The notes under the pieces were generated by a model. It was not told the DNA's origin. It worked only from the letters and a program-made list of their open reading frames with translations, and did not search any database. Source: an uncultured Bacilli bacterium (lineage in GTDB: Bacteria > Bacillota_I > Bacilli_A > RF39 > UBA660). From it: a stretch of 64,000 bases of DNA. This document shows, one piece after another, positions 27,685-37,237 of this stretch (position 1 is the first letter of the stretch; every line of letters starts with the position of its first letter). The stretch covers positions 13,011 to 77,010 of the forward strand of contig CAKPGR010000003.1 of the NCBI GenBank assembly GCA_934155005.1, written 5' to 3'. A program made the position numbers and the translations under genes.

Positions 27685-28692
27685 ATGAACGTAATTATTT
27701 CTAATAGATATCAATCTGTTTTAGAACAACTAGACATTGATGTTATAAAAACATTGAATGGTGAATTTGATGTAGATGACATAATAAATCAATTTCAAAA
27801 TTTTTTCTTTCAAAGAATGATTTTAGATATAACAGCTATTAAAGGATATAAAGATATTAAAACACTACAAAAGTTGTCTATATCATTAGATATGGATAAA
27901 GTAATATTACTTTTAGATGATTCAGTTGATGATGGGTCAGGTGACTTTTTATCAAAATTAATATCAATGGGTATATACAACTTCACTAAAAATGTTGAAG
28001 GAATAATGTATTTATATAATAACCCTAATTCATATCGTGATGTAGCGCATATTCAACAACTTGATCAAACAAGTGGTGGACAAGTTGTTGTAGAACACTA
28101 TGAAAATGCAGCTATTCAAAAAGGTGTTAGAGTTATAGGTGTTAAAAACGTTACTAAACAAAGTGGTGCTACAACACTCATTTATATGATGAAAAAACAA
28201 TTAGAAAAACATTATAGTGTTGTTGCTATTGAAGTAGATAAAAATGATTTTAAATTTTTTAATGACAAAAATATGTATTCAACAACAAGTGTTGAAATAG
28301 GAAATTTAGTAGCTAAATATAATGATCAAGATGTGATATTAGTTGATGTAAATGATAGTCAATCAGCTGAAAATTTATGCCATGAAATGCTTTATTTAGT
28401 TGAACCATCAATGATTAAATTAAATAAACTTATGCTTACAAATAATAAAGTATTTAAAGATTTAAAGGGCAAAAAAATAATATTAAATCAAAGTATATTA
28501 AGTACTAAGGATGTATTAGAATTTGAATATGAATCCAATTCAAAGGTATTCTTTAATATGCCACCTTTAGATGAAAGAGAAAGAAGTATTCATATTTTAA
28601 ATAAATTTTTATTTATGATGGGATTCTCAAAACAACAAACTACAGAAGAAGAACAAAAAAAGTTTAGTATATTAGGTCTTTTTGGAAAATAG
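27685..28692 (+). CDS. TadZ/CpaE-like architecture: N-terminal pseudo-receiver-like domain plus C-terminal ParA/MinD-like domain with degenerate Walker A
   Basis: RVIGVKNVTKQSGATTLIYMM aligns to the deviant Walker A xIAVxSxKGGVGKTT but has lost the Gly-rich P-loop; DVILVDVND at the Walker-B-like position. Confidence 0.4.
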   Translation: MNVIISNRYQSVLEQLDIDVIKTLNGEFDVDDIINQFQNFFFQRMILDITAIKGYKDIKTLQKLSISLDMDKVILLLDDSVDDGSGDFLSKLISMGIYNFTKNVEGIMYLYNNPNSYRDVAHIQQLDQTSGGQVVVEHYENAAIQKGVRVIGVKNVTKQSGATTLIYMMKKQLEKHYSVVAIEVDKNDFKFFNDKNMYSTTSVEIGNLVAKYNDQDVILVDVNDSQSAENLCHEMLYLVEPSMIKLNKLMLTNNKVFKDLKGKKIILNQSILSTKDVLEFEYESNSKVFFNMPPLDERERSIHILNKFLFMMGFSKQQTTEEEQKKFSILGLFGK

Positions 28693-28721
28693 TTGACAAA
28701 ATAAGGAAAATAAAGTATATT
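28693..28721 (+). promoter_or_regulatory. Internal sigma-A promoter (TTGACA - 17 nt - TATATT) dedicated to the VirB2-like gene
   Basis: Consensus -35 at 28693-28698 and -10 at 28716-28721; RBS AGGAGGT upstream of ATG 28770. Confidence 0.55.
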
Positions 28722-28769
28722 ATTTATAGAAAGCAATAAAATTATTTATTGAAATAGGAGGTTTTGTTT

Positions 28770-29141
28770 ATGTTAAATATATTAACTGATTTAACTTGTG
28801 AAGGATTAACAATCCCAGGATTAATTGTAAACTTAGTTTATTATGCTATTTTAGCTATAAAAATATTTGTACCATTAGTTTTAATTGTTTTTGGTATGAT
28901 GGATTTAGCAAAAGCTGTTATGGCACAAGATGACAAAATAATGAAAGAATCACAAAAAAGATTAATTAGTAGAATTATTTATGCTGTATTAGTTTTCTTA
29001 ATTATTTCATTAGTTCAAATGGTATTTACTTTCTTAGGAAATGCTGATAAAGATAGTGAAACAGGACAAAGTGGTTCTATGAAATGTGTATCATGTTTAA
29101 TTAATGGTAAAACAGGTGCAGCAAATAGCTGTGGTAGATAA
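28770..29141 (+). CDS. Small two-TM membrane protein, candidate T4SS pilin (VirB2/TrbC-like topology) with Cys-containing C-terminal tail
   Basis: Two hydrophobic helices separated by a conserved loop GMMDLAKAVMAQDDKIMKESQKRLISRII; own promoter and own terminator (monocistronic); ATG 28770 (the track ORF starts at an upstream TTG). Confidence 0.45.
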   Translation: MLNILTDLTCEGLTIPGLIVNLVYYAILAIKIFVPLVLIVFGMMDLAKAVMAQDDKIMKESQKRLISRIIYAVLVFLIISLVQMVFTFLGNADKDSETGQSGSMKCVSCLINGKTGAANSCGR

Positions 29142-29168
29142 GACATTAAATTGTCTTATTTTTTTTAT
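29140..29168 (+). terminator. Rho-independent terminator right after the VirB2-like gene
   Basis: aagaca/tgtctt stem, loop ttaaat, followed by ATTTTTTTT. Confidence 0.6.
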
Positions 29169-29230
29169 AAAAAAGCCATTTTAATTGAAAATAAAAGACT
29201 TTATATGTTATAATTGTTGTAGGTGATAAT

Positions 29231-30145
29231 ATGAAAAATATTAAAAAACTATCAAAAATTTTATTTTTATTCATAATATGCTTTGGATTTGGAATTAACG
29301 CAAAGGCTGCAACAAAAGCTTGCTTAATTGATAGTAATGGAAAATTATCTTGGGATGATATAAATGTTTTAAAATCCAATACAGCTGGTTATTTTGGTAC
29401 TGCTAATAAAACAAAAGCTAATTGTAAAGGATATTTAGAATTGACTTGTGTATATAAAAAAGAAGGAAGTAATAACGTAAAATGGACGTTTACTCAAAAT
29501 TCAAAAGGTGTTAAGAAATTAATTAACCAGGATGGAAAAGAAGCAGAAGCTTCTAAAAAAAATCAATTGACTTTTCCAGGTGATGATTGTCGTACGAAAG
29601 TATACTATGTTAAGGAAGACTGTGGAAAAGGAATTTTTAAAGATGGTTCGTCAAAAGGATGGACTTGGTTAGATATTAGAAAATGTGAAAGCAATCAATA
29701 CAACACTTATACTCTTGTAACGGAAGAAAGTAAGAGTGATACTGATGCAACAGTTATTAACAATGGTCAACATAAGGTGGATACTAAAGAGGATATTATT
29801 AATAAAGATAATTCTTCAAATTCAACTCCATCGACTGCTGATCCGATAACTTCTTGTGATTCTTTGCCTAAGACAATGGAATTGTTAAAGAAGATATATA
29901 ATTTTCTAAAATATATGGTCCCAGTTATAATAATAGGACTTGGAATGTTAGATTTTATAAAAGCTATAACAAGTGATGATGAAAAAGTATTTAAAGAAGC
30001 TTGGAATAAATTGATGAAGAGAATAATTGTAGGAGTTATAATTCTTATTTTGCCAGTAATATTAGAATTTTTAATAAATATAAGTGGAGTAATTAATGAA
30101 GAAGGATTAGACAAAAATAATTTATTCTGTATATTTACAAAATAA
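29231..30145 (+). CDS. Secreted/membrane protein: signal peptide, Cys-rich extracellular domain (8 Cys), C-terminal two-helix domain paralogous to the VirB2-like gene
   Basis: Signal peptide MKNIKKLSKILFLFIICFGFGINAKA; C-terminal GMLDFIKAITSDDEKVFKEAWNKLMKRIIVGVIILILPV aligns with GMMDLAKAVMAQDDKIMKESQKRLISRIIYAVLVFLI of the 28770 gene. Confidence 0.55.
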   Translation: MKNIKKLSKILFLFIICFGFGINAKAATKACLIDSNGKLSWDDINVLKSNTAGYFGTANKTKANCKGYLELTCVYKKEGSNNVKWTFTQNSKGVKKLINQDGKEAEASKKNQLTFPGDDCRTKVYYVKEDCGKGIFKDGSSKGWTWLDIRKCESNQYNTYTLVTEESKSDTDATVINNGQHKVDTKEDIINKDNSSNSTPSTADPITSCDSLPKTMELLKKIYNFLKYMVPVIIIGLGMLDFIKAITSDDEKVFKEAWNKLMKRIIVGVIILILPVILEFLINISGVINEEGLDKNNLFCIFTK

Positions 30146-30224
30146 AAGCAATTAATATTTTATATTGCTTTTTTTTATGTTATAATATAAGGGTAATATT
30201 GTAATTAAAAATGGAGGTAATAAT

Positions 30225-32300
30225 ATGAATGCATCTTTCTTTATGGACGGGGTCAGAAATTTATTTGGTTTAATCGATTCTGGAATATATAATTTAATAT
30301 CAATAGTTTACGAATTAATCATTAAATTATCTAATATAACTTTTTTCTCAGAAGCTAATATAAGAGAATTTAGGGATAGAATTTATGTATTCTTAGCTGT
30401 TTTTATGTTATTTAAAGTTACAATTTCATTAATTACATATTTAGTTGATCCCGATTCTATGGGGGATAAAACTAATGGAATAGGCAATGTTGCTAAAAAT
30501 GTTGTTATTACCTTATTTTTAATTATTATTGTACCTTTTGGATTTGATTTATTATATGAAGCTCAAAATGCTATTATAAGTGATAATTTAATTCCAAGAG
30601 TTATTCTTGGTACTAAGGGTGATGGAAGTAATGTTAATGAATCTTATACAATGGATCCTAATGCTTGTAAAGATGGTGATACATTCGTTACAACAACCAT
30701 TAATAGTGATGGCGATTTAATGGCTTATTTGGCTTTTAGACCATTTTATCAAACATATAAAGATGCTGATATTTCAAGCATTAAAAATGATTATTGTTCT
30801 GCTAATAGTGTTTCAAACTTATTAACTTCGGATATTTATAATGCTGAATCAGGAACTCATAATAGTGGTCAATATTTAATTAATTATCAAATACTTTTAT
30901 CAACAGCATGTGGTATTTTAGTCTTTTTATTACTTTTGAACTTTGCATTTGATATAGCTGCAAGGACAATCAAATTAGGATTCTTAGAGATTATTGCTCC
31001 TATTCCAATTTTGTCTTATATAGATCCTAAATCAGCAAAAGATGGACCATTTAAAAAATGGTTATCAGAAGTAGGAAAAACATGGGCTAGTTTATTTATT
31101 CGTTTAGCCATTGTTTATTTTGCAATATATGCAATAAAATTAATTCCATCCGCACTTGAAGAAGCCAAAGATGAAAATGGTATATGGGTTTCATTATTCT
31201 TACTTATCGGTATATTAATATTTGCTAAAAATGCTATACCACTTATTGAAAACTTATTTGGAATTAAATTCGATCATACAGTTCAATTAAATCCATTTAA
31301 GAAAATAAGTGAACAAGCATTAGGAGGAACAGTAGCCGCTGGACTTGGAGCAGCAGCACTTGGAAGTGGTGCTAGTGGTATTTCACAAGCTGCATCAAAT
31401 GGGTATAATTTTGCAAGAAATAAGCAAAATTTAAAGAAAGCTATAGATTTAGAAAAAGACGAAGGAAAAAAAGCAAAATTGCAACGACAATATGATTCAA
31501 TGAATGCTAGAAAATTTGTTGGAACAACATTTGGTGGACTTGCTGGTGGAGCTTTAAATGGTGCTAAGTCTGGTTATGCAACTGGAGCCAAAGGAAGTGG
31601 AAATGTATTTAAAAATGTTAAAGATGATTTAAAGAAGGGAAATACAAGTAGAAATAATAGACAAAATATTAGTGATTACAATAGAGAAGCAAGATGGCAA
31701 TTTGATAAAACAAGTAAAGAATTGAATGAGGAAAGAGAAGCTATTTTAAATGATAGTAGTTTAACATCTGAGCAAAGAAAAGAAAAATTAAATAATATAG
31801 CTGAAAAAATTATTAAAAATAAAAATAATTATGATAATGCACGTTATGGTTGGGTTGAAAGAAATATTACAGAAAATCTTGACAAAAATTCAGGAGTTAA
31901 AAATGATTTTGGTGGTTATGGATATTACAACAAAAAGATTGAAAAATTAAATAAGGATATTGAAAATAATGATCAAAGAGAAGCAGCATTTAGGACATCT
32001 TTATCACAATTCTGTGTTTCAAATTCAATTGATCAACTTGCAATTGAAGAATTACATAAGAAATTGGTTGATGCTAGAACCGAAAGTAACGCTACTATAA
32101 AAGCAAATATGATAGCACAAGCTTATACAGAAATAAGTACTAAGCATAATATTGATAGCGATAAGCTTAAGAATTCCTATGCTAGTGTTGAAACAACATT
32201 AAATAATATTGATACAGTTGATGAACAAACTAAACAATTTAAAGCAGAGAGAGCTAATTATAAAGAAATGATGGCAGCTCGTGAAGATGTAAAAAAATAA
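30225..32300 (+). CDS. VirB6-like polytopic membrane protein (TcpH/ConG/Tn916 Orf15-like) with long C-terminal soluble coiled region
   Basis: 691 aa; at least 6 TM helices in the first 350 aa, then a charged helical C-terminal half; position upstream of the VirB3-VirB4 pair. Confidence 0.55.
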   Translation: MNASFFMDGVRNLFGLIDSGIYNLISIVYELIIKLSNITFFSEANIREFRDRIYVFLAVFMLFKVTISLITYLVDPDSMGDKTNGIGNVAKNVVITLFLIIIVPFGFDLLYEAQNAIISDNLIPRVILGTKGDGSNVNESYTMDPNACKDGDTFVTTTINSDGDLMAYLAFRPFYQTYKDADISSIKNDYCSANSVSNLLTSDIYNAESGTHNSGQYLINYQILLSTACGILVFLLLLNFAFDIAARTIKLGFLEIIAPIPILSYIDPKSAKDGPFKKWLSEVGKTWASLFIRLAIVYFAIYAIKLIPSALEEAKDENGIWVSLFLLIGILIFAKNAIPLIENLFGIKFDHTVQLNPFKKISEQALGGTVAAGLGAAALGSGASGISQAASNGYNFARNKQNLKKAIDLEKDEGKKAKLQRQYDSMNARKFVGTTFGGLAGGALNGAKSGYATGAKGSGNVFKNVKDDLKKGNTSRNNRQNISDYNREARWQFDKTSKELNEEREAILNDSSLTSEQRKEKLNNIAEKIIKNKNNYDNARYGWVERNITENLDKNSGVKNDFGGYGYYNKKIEKLNKDIENNDQREAAFRTSLSQFCVSNSIDQLAIEELHKKLVDARTESNATIKANMIAQAYTEISTKHNIDSDKLKNSYASVETTLNNIDTVDEQTKQFKAERANYKEMMAAREDVKK

Positions 32301-32316
32301 AAAGGGGATGAAATAA

Positions 32317-32637
32317 ATGAATAATACATATTTAATACCAGCTAATAGTAAAAAATCATTAATGATATTTGGATTATTTTATCCATTTGATTTAATGCTA
32401 TTTGGTACAGGACTAGGTATAACATTACTTTTACTTATGGTACTTCCACTTGAAAGTTTAACAATGTCTATTATTGCCATAGCTCCTGGGTTAGTTACTG
32501 GATTACTTGTTTTTCCAGTCCCTAACTACCATAATCTATTAACTGTTTTAATGGAAATTTGGATATTTTTTACAACAAGGCAAAGATATGTATGGAAAGG
32601 TTGGTGTGTGAATAATGGCGAAAGCGATAAAAAGTAA
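32317..32637 (+). CDS. VirB3-like small two-TM protein (Tn916 Orf17/ConD/PrgI analogue)
   Basis: 106 aa, two TM helices; immediately upstream of and overlapping the VirB4 N-terminal fragment. Confidence 0.5.
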   Translation: MNNTYLIPANSKKSLMIFGLFYPFDLMLFGTGLGITLLLLMVLPLESLTMSIIAIAPGLVTGLLVFPVPNYHNLLTVLMEIWIFFTTRQRYVWKGWCVNNGESDKK

Positions 32638-33163
32638 ATATACAAATGAAAGTTTTGTACCAGTTAAAAGTATTACGAATGGTATGATAATTTTAGATAA
32701 TAACGAAAAAGTTTGTGGTATTAAAATAATGCCAAGAAATATTTTTATAGCAGATTATGATACACAAAATGCTATAATAGCTAATTTAAAAAATGTTTAT
32801 AATATGATAGATTATGAATTCTGGATTATTGCAGCTGATAGACCAGTTGATATCAATGTTTTCTTATCACAACTTCAACTTTTATATAATTCAGTTAGTG
32901 ATCAAGCTAAAAGAAAACTAATAATGGAAGATATAAATAAAGCTAATTTATTTATGAATAACAATATTGTTGATACTGAATATTTCTTACTATTTAAAGA
33001 AAAAAATCAAGATACAATACAAAAGAGAATTAGACAACTTATTAATGCTTTTGCAAGTGCTGGATTAAATTCTCATCAAGTGTCTAATGAAGATTTAAGA
33101 ATTATATTAGATAACTTCTTAAATGGTGGACAAACTACTACATTTGGGACGGTGATTGGATAA
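32615..33163 (+). CDS. VirB4-family ATPase, N-terminal domain fragment (split gene, part 1)
   Basis: 182 aa; FVPVKSITNGMIILDNNEKVCGIKIMPRNIF resembles the N-terminal domain of Gram-positive VirB4 proteins (Tn916 Orf16/TcpF/PrgJ); stop overlaps the next start as TAATG. Confidence 0.6.
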   Translation: MAKAIKSKYTNESFVPVKSITNGMIILDNNEKVCGIKIMPRNIFIADYDTQNAIIANLKNVYNMIDYEFWIIAADRPVDINVFLSQLQLLYNSVSDQAKRKLIMEDINKANLFMNNNIVDTEYFLLFKEKNQDTIQKRIRQLINAFASAGLNSHQVSNEDLRIILDNFLNGGQTTTFGTVIG

Positions 33164-34947
33164 TGGATATAAAAGCTCAAATAGCGCCTAAGGGACTAGA
33201 ATTTAAACCAAGTAGTTTTATTATTAGTGATAAATATGCAACTATTTTAACAGCTATATCTTATCCAAGATATATAAATCCAGGATATTTATCATCTTTA
33301 ACTAGTATGTCAGGTATCAAAGTTGTTATAAAACATATACCACTTCCATTTAGTTCAATTAGTAAAATGTTAAACAAAGAAATAGCTGACTTAAAGCAAA
33401 GATATCAAGAAGAACATGATAGAACACTTCAAGAAAGAATTAGACAAGATTATGAATCACTTGAACAATTTATTCAACAATTAGCTGCTTCACAATCAAA
33501 AATTTATGACTTTCAAATGCATATCATGATTACGGCTAATAGTGAAGAAGAATTAAATAGTAAAAAATTTCAAGTAAAAAATTATTTAGAAGCGATGGAA
33601 ATTAGAGCTTTACCACTTAGATTTGAACAAGAAAAAGTTTTAAAATCTATATTACCAATATATGAAAAACAAGATATTGAAGATAGAATAGGTACACCAA
33701 TTCCATCACCAACACTAGCAGCAATGTATCCTTTTATATTTGATAGTATCAAAGATCCAGGACTTTCAACTTTACTTGGAGTTGATTTCTCTGGTGGAGT
33801 TATTTTATTTAACCAATTCTTATATCAAATAAAAAAAGAACACAATCGTAATAATGCTAACATGATTATTTTAGGTACATCTGGTAGTGGTAAATCAACA
33901 GCAGCTAAAATATTACTTAGAACACATATTAGAAACAATTGTCAACTAGTTTTAATTGACCCAGAAGGTGAATTAGAAGAAATGACAAAACGTTTTGGTG
34001 GAGATTTTATTGATTTAGGTAAAGGTGGAGAATTCGGAATGATAAATCCACTTGAAGTTGTAATCGATGCTGATGAAGATGAAATAGAAAATGGTTTAGG
34101 TTATACTGTTTTAACTAGAACTCTTCAAAGTGTAAAAGCTTTTATGAAATATTATGATCCATCAATTGAAGAAGATGTACTTAATATGTTTAGTGAAGTT
34201 TTACAAGAAACATATAGAAGATTTGGAATTAGCTTCGAAGCTGATTTTACTAAGTTTACTTCAAGAGATTATCCAACTTTTAAAGATGTTTATGCAACAA
34301 TTCGTGGTCGTCTTACATCAATGACAGAAAAAACACAAGAAAGAGATGTAATGGAAAGACTAGAACTTAAAATAAGACCAATAGTAAAAGAATTAAAATA
34401 TTACTTTGATGGCCATACAACTATAACAAGTTCTAGTGATTTTATAACATTTAATATTAGAGAAATTATGAATGCTGATGAAAATATTCGTAATGCTTTA
34501 TTCTTTAATATATTAAAATATGCATGGGGATTAACTTTAAATAAAAATGTTAATACTATTTTACAAGTAGATGAAGCTCATGTATTATTGTCAGGAAATA
34601 ATACTCTTGGGGCTGACTTTTTAGCGCAAATTCAAAGACGTTCTAGAAAATATAATACTGGAACAATTATTATAACTCAACAACCAAGTGATTTCTGTGA
34701 TCCACATGTTATAACACAAGGTAAAGCTATATTTGATAATGCATCATACTATTTAGTTATGGGTCTTAAAAAACAAGCTGTTGAAGACTTAGCTAAATTA
34801 GTTGATTTAAATGATAATGAAAAAGAGAATATTAAAGGATTTAGTCAAGGAGAAGCATTACTTGTTTGTGGTTCTAGAAGAATGCGTATTAATATTATTG
34901 CTACTGAGCAAGAATTAGATTCATTTGGAAGTGGCGGAGGATTTTAA
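33163..34947 (+). CDS. VirB4-family ATPase, central and C-terminal ATPase part (split gene, part 2)
   Basis: 594 aa; Walker A ILGTSGSGKST (about nt 33880), Walker B ILQVDEAHVLL; about 20 aa sampled across this ORF follow the VirB4 pattern. Confidence 0.8.
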   Translation: MDIKAQIAPKGLEFKPSSFIISDKYATILTAISYPRYINPGYLSSLTSMSGIKVVIKHIPLPFSSISKMLNKEIADLKQRYQEEHDRTLQERIRQDYESLEQFIQQLAASQSKIYDFQMHIMITANSEEELNSKKFQVKNYLEAMEIRALPLRFEQEKVLKSILPIYEKQDIEDRIGTPIPSPTLAAMYPFIFDSIKDPGLSTLLGVDFSGGVILFNQFLYQIKKEHNRNNANMIILGTSGSGKSTAAKILLRTHIRNNCQLVLIDPEGELEEMTKRFGGDFIDLGKGGEFGMINPLEVVIDADEDEIENGLGYTVLTRTLQSVKAFMKYYDPSIEEDVLNMFSEVLQETYRRFGISFEADFTKFTSRDYPTFKDVYATIRGRLTSMTEKTQERDVMERLELKIRPIVKELKYYFDGHTTITSSSDFITFNIREIMNADENIRNALFFNILKYAWGLTLNKNVNTILQVDEAHVLLSGNNTLGADFLAQIQRRSRKYNTGTIIITQQPSDFCDPHVITQGKAIFDNASYYLVMGLKKQAVEDLAKLVDLNDNEKENIKGFSQGEALLVCGSRRMRINIIATEQELDSFGSGGGF

Positions 34948-34969
34948 TATAAAGTAAGGTGGTGTTGCT

Positions 34970-36592
34970 ATGAATGAAGATTTAGATGATTTAGAAATAA
35001 TTGATTTAGAAGAAGAACCTGAAAAAGATAATATTGTCATAGATGAAGCAACATTACCTAAAAAGGAAGAATCTAAGGAGCAACCAAAAGAAAAACCAAA
35101 AAAAGAAGAATATCATAATTTTAATTTACCTAAAATAAATAGAGGTAAAAATGATAATTCTTTAAATCAAAAAAAAGATAATTTAGATAACGGAAATAAT
35201 AATTTAAATAAAGAAAATAGTAATTTAAATAATAGAAAAAATCCATTAGGTAATAATTTTTTAAATAAAAATAATAATACTGAAAAAAATACCATAAATA
35301 AATTAAATAATATTAGAAATACAAATAGAGTTATACCGCCAATTAATAGTCAAACTTTAAGTAATCAAAGTACTGAAAATAACGATTCTAAAGAAGAAGT
35401 TAAAGAAAATATAGACAAAAAAATTGGTGGAGCGGCTTTAACAGCTGCTACTGGTGGCGCTGTAAGGGGAAAGCAAGCGGAAAAACTATCAGGATTTTTT
35501 AAAGAAGCTATTAAAAAAAATTTTAAATTAAAAATTATGCTTATAGCTGCTATTTCTGTTATTGTATTTATATTATTAATTATACTTTCATTTGGAGCAA
35601 GCAGTGATAGTGGTTTAGGTAAGGATACTAATAGTTATATTACTGGGCAAATGACTGATGATGAATTATATGATGAATTAAGTTATTATGGTTACTGTAA
35701 AGATAAAAGTTCATGTAAGAAAAAAGGTGTTTATAAAGTATTTACAAAATTAAAAAATCTATCAGAAGAATACAAAAAGCCTTGTAGTAATGTTTCAAAT
35801 AATAAACCATGTGGTGTTAATTTAAATACAGGATTAATTATTGAAACAATTAATTATTATCGTAATTCATCTGATCAATTTGATTTAGTAGAATTAACAG
35901 ATGAAGAAGAACAAGATGAAAATGTTTTGAAAAAAATGATAGGAAATGTAAAAACATATTTTAAGAGAAAAAGTGAATTAAATAGTTTACTTGATGATAT
36001 TGATAATCTTGCTCTAGCACAAGCTGAATATGTAGAAAATAAATGCGGTAATAAATACTATCAAATAAGTTTTAATAAATATATTTCATATTTAAAATAT
36101 GGAAATACGAGTACACATCCAAATTATAGTGGTAATTCAGTTTCTGTTGATACTTGTTCTGGACCTAAAAATGATTATATACAAACATCATATAATCAAG
36201 ATGGAAATACTAATATAACATCAATAACAGGGTCAGGCGTTGGTACCGAAATTGTTAATTATGCCTTACAATTTGTTGGGGGTAAATATGTATGGGGTGG
36301 TACAGATTTAAATAAAGGTGTTGACTGTTCAGGATTTACTATGAAAGTTATGGAACATTTTGGAATAAAATTACCTCATAGTGCTAAAGCTCAGCTTACA
36401 GCAGGTGGTACAAATGTTGGAACAGATATTACCTTAGCTTTGCCAGGGGACTTGATTATTTATAATGGACATGTTGCTATATATATGGGTAATAATCAAA
36501 TAGTCCATGCGGCAGATGAAAAACATGGTATTATTGTTTCTAAGAATGCTTCATATTCTAAAATAAAAGGAATTGTTAGATATTGGAACTAG
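34970..36592 (+). CDS. T4SS-associated cell-wall hydrolase: disordered Asn/Lys-rich cytoplasmic N-terminus, one TM, C-terminal NlpC/P60 domain
   Basis: C-terminal DCSGFTMKVMEHFG...GDLIIYNGHVAIYMG...HAAD gives the Cys-His-His triad of NlpC/P60; TM IMLIAAISVIVFILLIILSF. Confidence 0.8.
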   Translation: MNEDLDDLEIIDLEEEPEKDNIVIDEATLPKKEESKEQPKEKPKKEEYHNFNLPKINRGKNDNSLNQKKDNLDNGNNNLNKENSNLNNRKNPLGNNFLNKNNNTEKNTINKLNNIRNTNRVIPPINSQTLSNQSTENNDSKEEVKENIDKKIGGAALTAATGGAVRGKQAEKLSGFFKEAIKKNFKLKIMLIAAISVIVFILLIILSFGASSDSGLGKDTNSYITGQMTDDELYDELSYYGYCKDKSSCKKKGVYKVFTKLKNLSEEYKKPCSNVSNNKPCGVNLNTGLIIETINYYRNSSDQFDLVELTDEEEQDENVLKKMIGNVKTYFKRKSELNSLLDDIDNLALAQAEYVENKCGNKYYQISFNKYISYLKYGNTSTHPNYSGNSVSVDTCSGPKNDYIQTSYNQDGNTNITSITGSGVGTEIVNYALQFVGGKYVWGGTDLNKGVDCSGFTMKVMEHFGIKLPHSAKAQLTAGGTNVGTDITLALPGDLIIYNGHVAIYMGNNQIVHAADEKHGIIVSKNASYSKIKGIVRYWN

Positions 36593-36600
36593 GTGATTAA

Positions 36601-37224
36601 ATGAATGAAACATTAAAAAGAAAAATTCTTATTATTTCTTTTTTACTACTTACTGTTATATTCCTTTTCTTTATAATTTTAAACAATAAAAAAAATAAAA
36701 TGAATACATTTGATGTTAATAGTGAAAATGTTGATTATATTGATAATTTTCTAATTAATTTAGAAAGTAATTTAAAAGAAAAAAATATTGATTTTGTAAG
36801 TGAAAAAGCAAAAAATAAAGATATATATTCAATTCTTGTTGTAATGGAAGATAGTGATGAAGATATAAAATCAAATAACTATTTATCATATAACATAAAT
36901 ATAAAAACAAAAAAAGTTATGAATAATGAAGAGGTTGCTAATTCATTTGGGTATTCATTAGATGATATTTTTAAAGCAATAAATAAAAGACTAGAAGATT
37001 TATATCAAGATGAGATAAAAGAAGGATTTGTAGAAAAAAATGAATGTGACTTTGAATGTTATAAATCTTATTATAGAGGAATTGAAAATATAGAAGATAT
37101 TTATAGTTTATACGTTAAAGATAATAAACTATATATTTATGTTTCAATTAAGGTTATATCAGCAGCATCTGATGAAGATTATTTCAAAAAGTTAAATTAT
37201 AATCCATATAAAATAGAGCTATAA
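36601..37224 (+). CDS. Bitopic membrane protein (N-terminal TM plus about 170-aa soluble domain); possible VirB8-like component
   Basis: Topology and position (after the hydrolase, as Tn916 Orf13/TcpC/ConB) only; no motif recognised. Confidence 0.3.
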   Translation: MNETLKRKILIISFLLLTVIFLFFIILNNKKNKMNTFDVNSENVDYIDNFLINLESNLKEKNIDFVSEKAKNKDIYSILVVMEDSDEDIKSNNYLSYNINIKTKKVMNNEEVANSFGYSLDDIFKAINKRLEDLYQDEIKEGFVEKNECDFECYKSYYRGIENIEDIYSLYVKDNKLYIYVSIKVISAASDEDYFKKLNYNPYKIEL

Positions 37225-37237
37225 TCGAGGTGGTAGT

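Noticed and set aside
34970-35500. Asn/Lys-rich repeat region as a DNA-level tandem repeat or mobile element
   Set aside because: It is in-frame low-complexity coding sequence within the NlpC/P60 protein N-terminus; repeats are imperfect at the nucleotide level.
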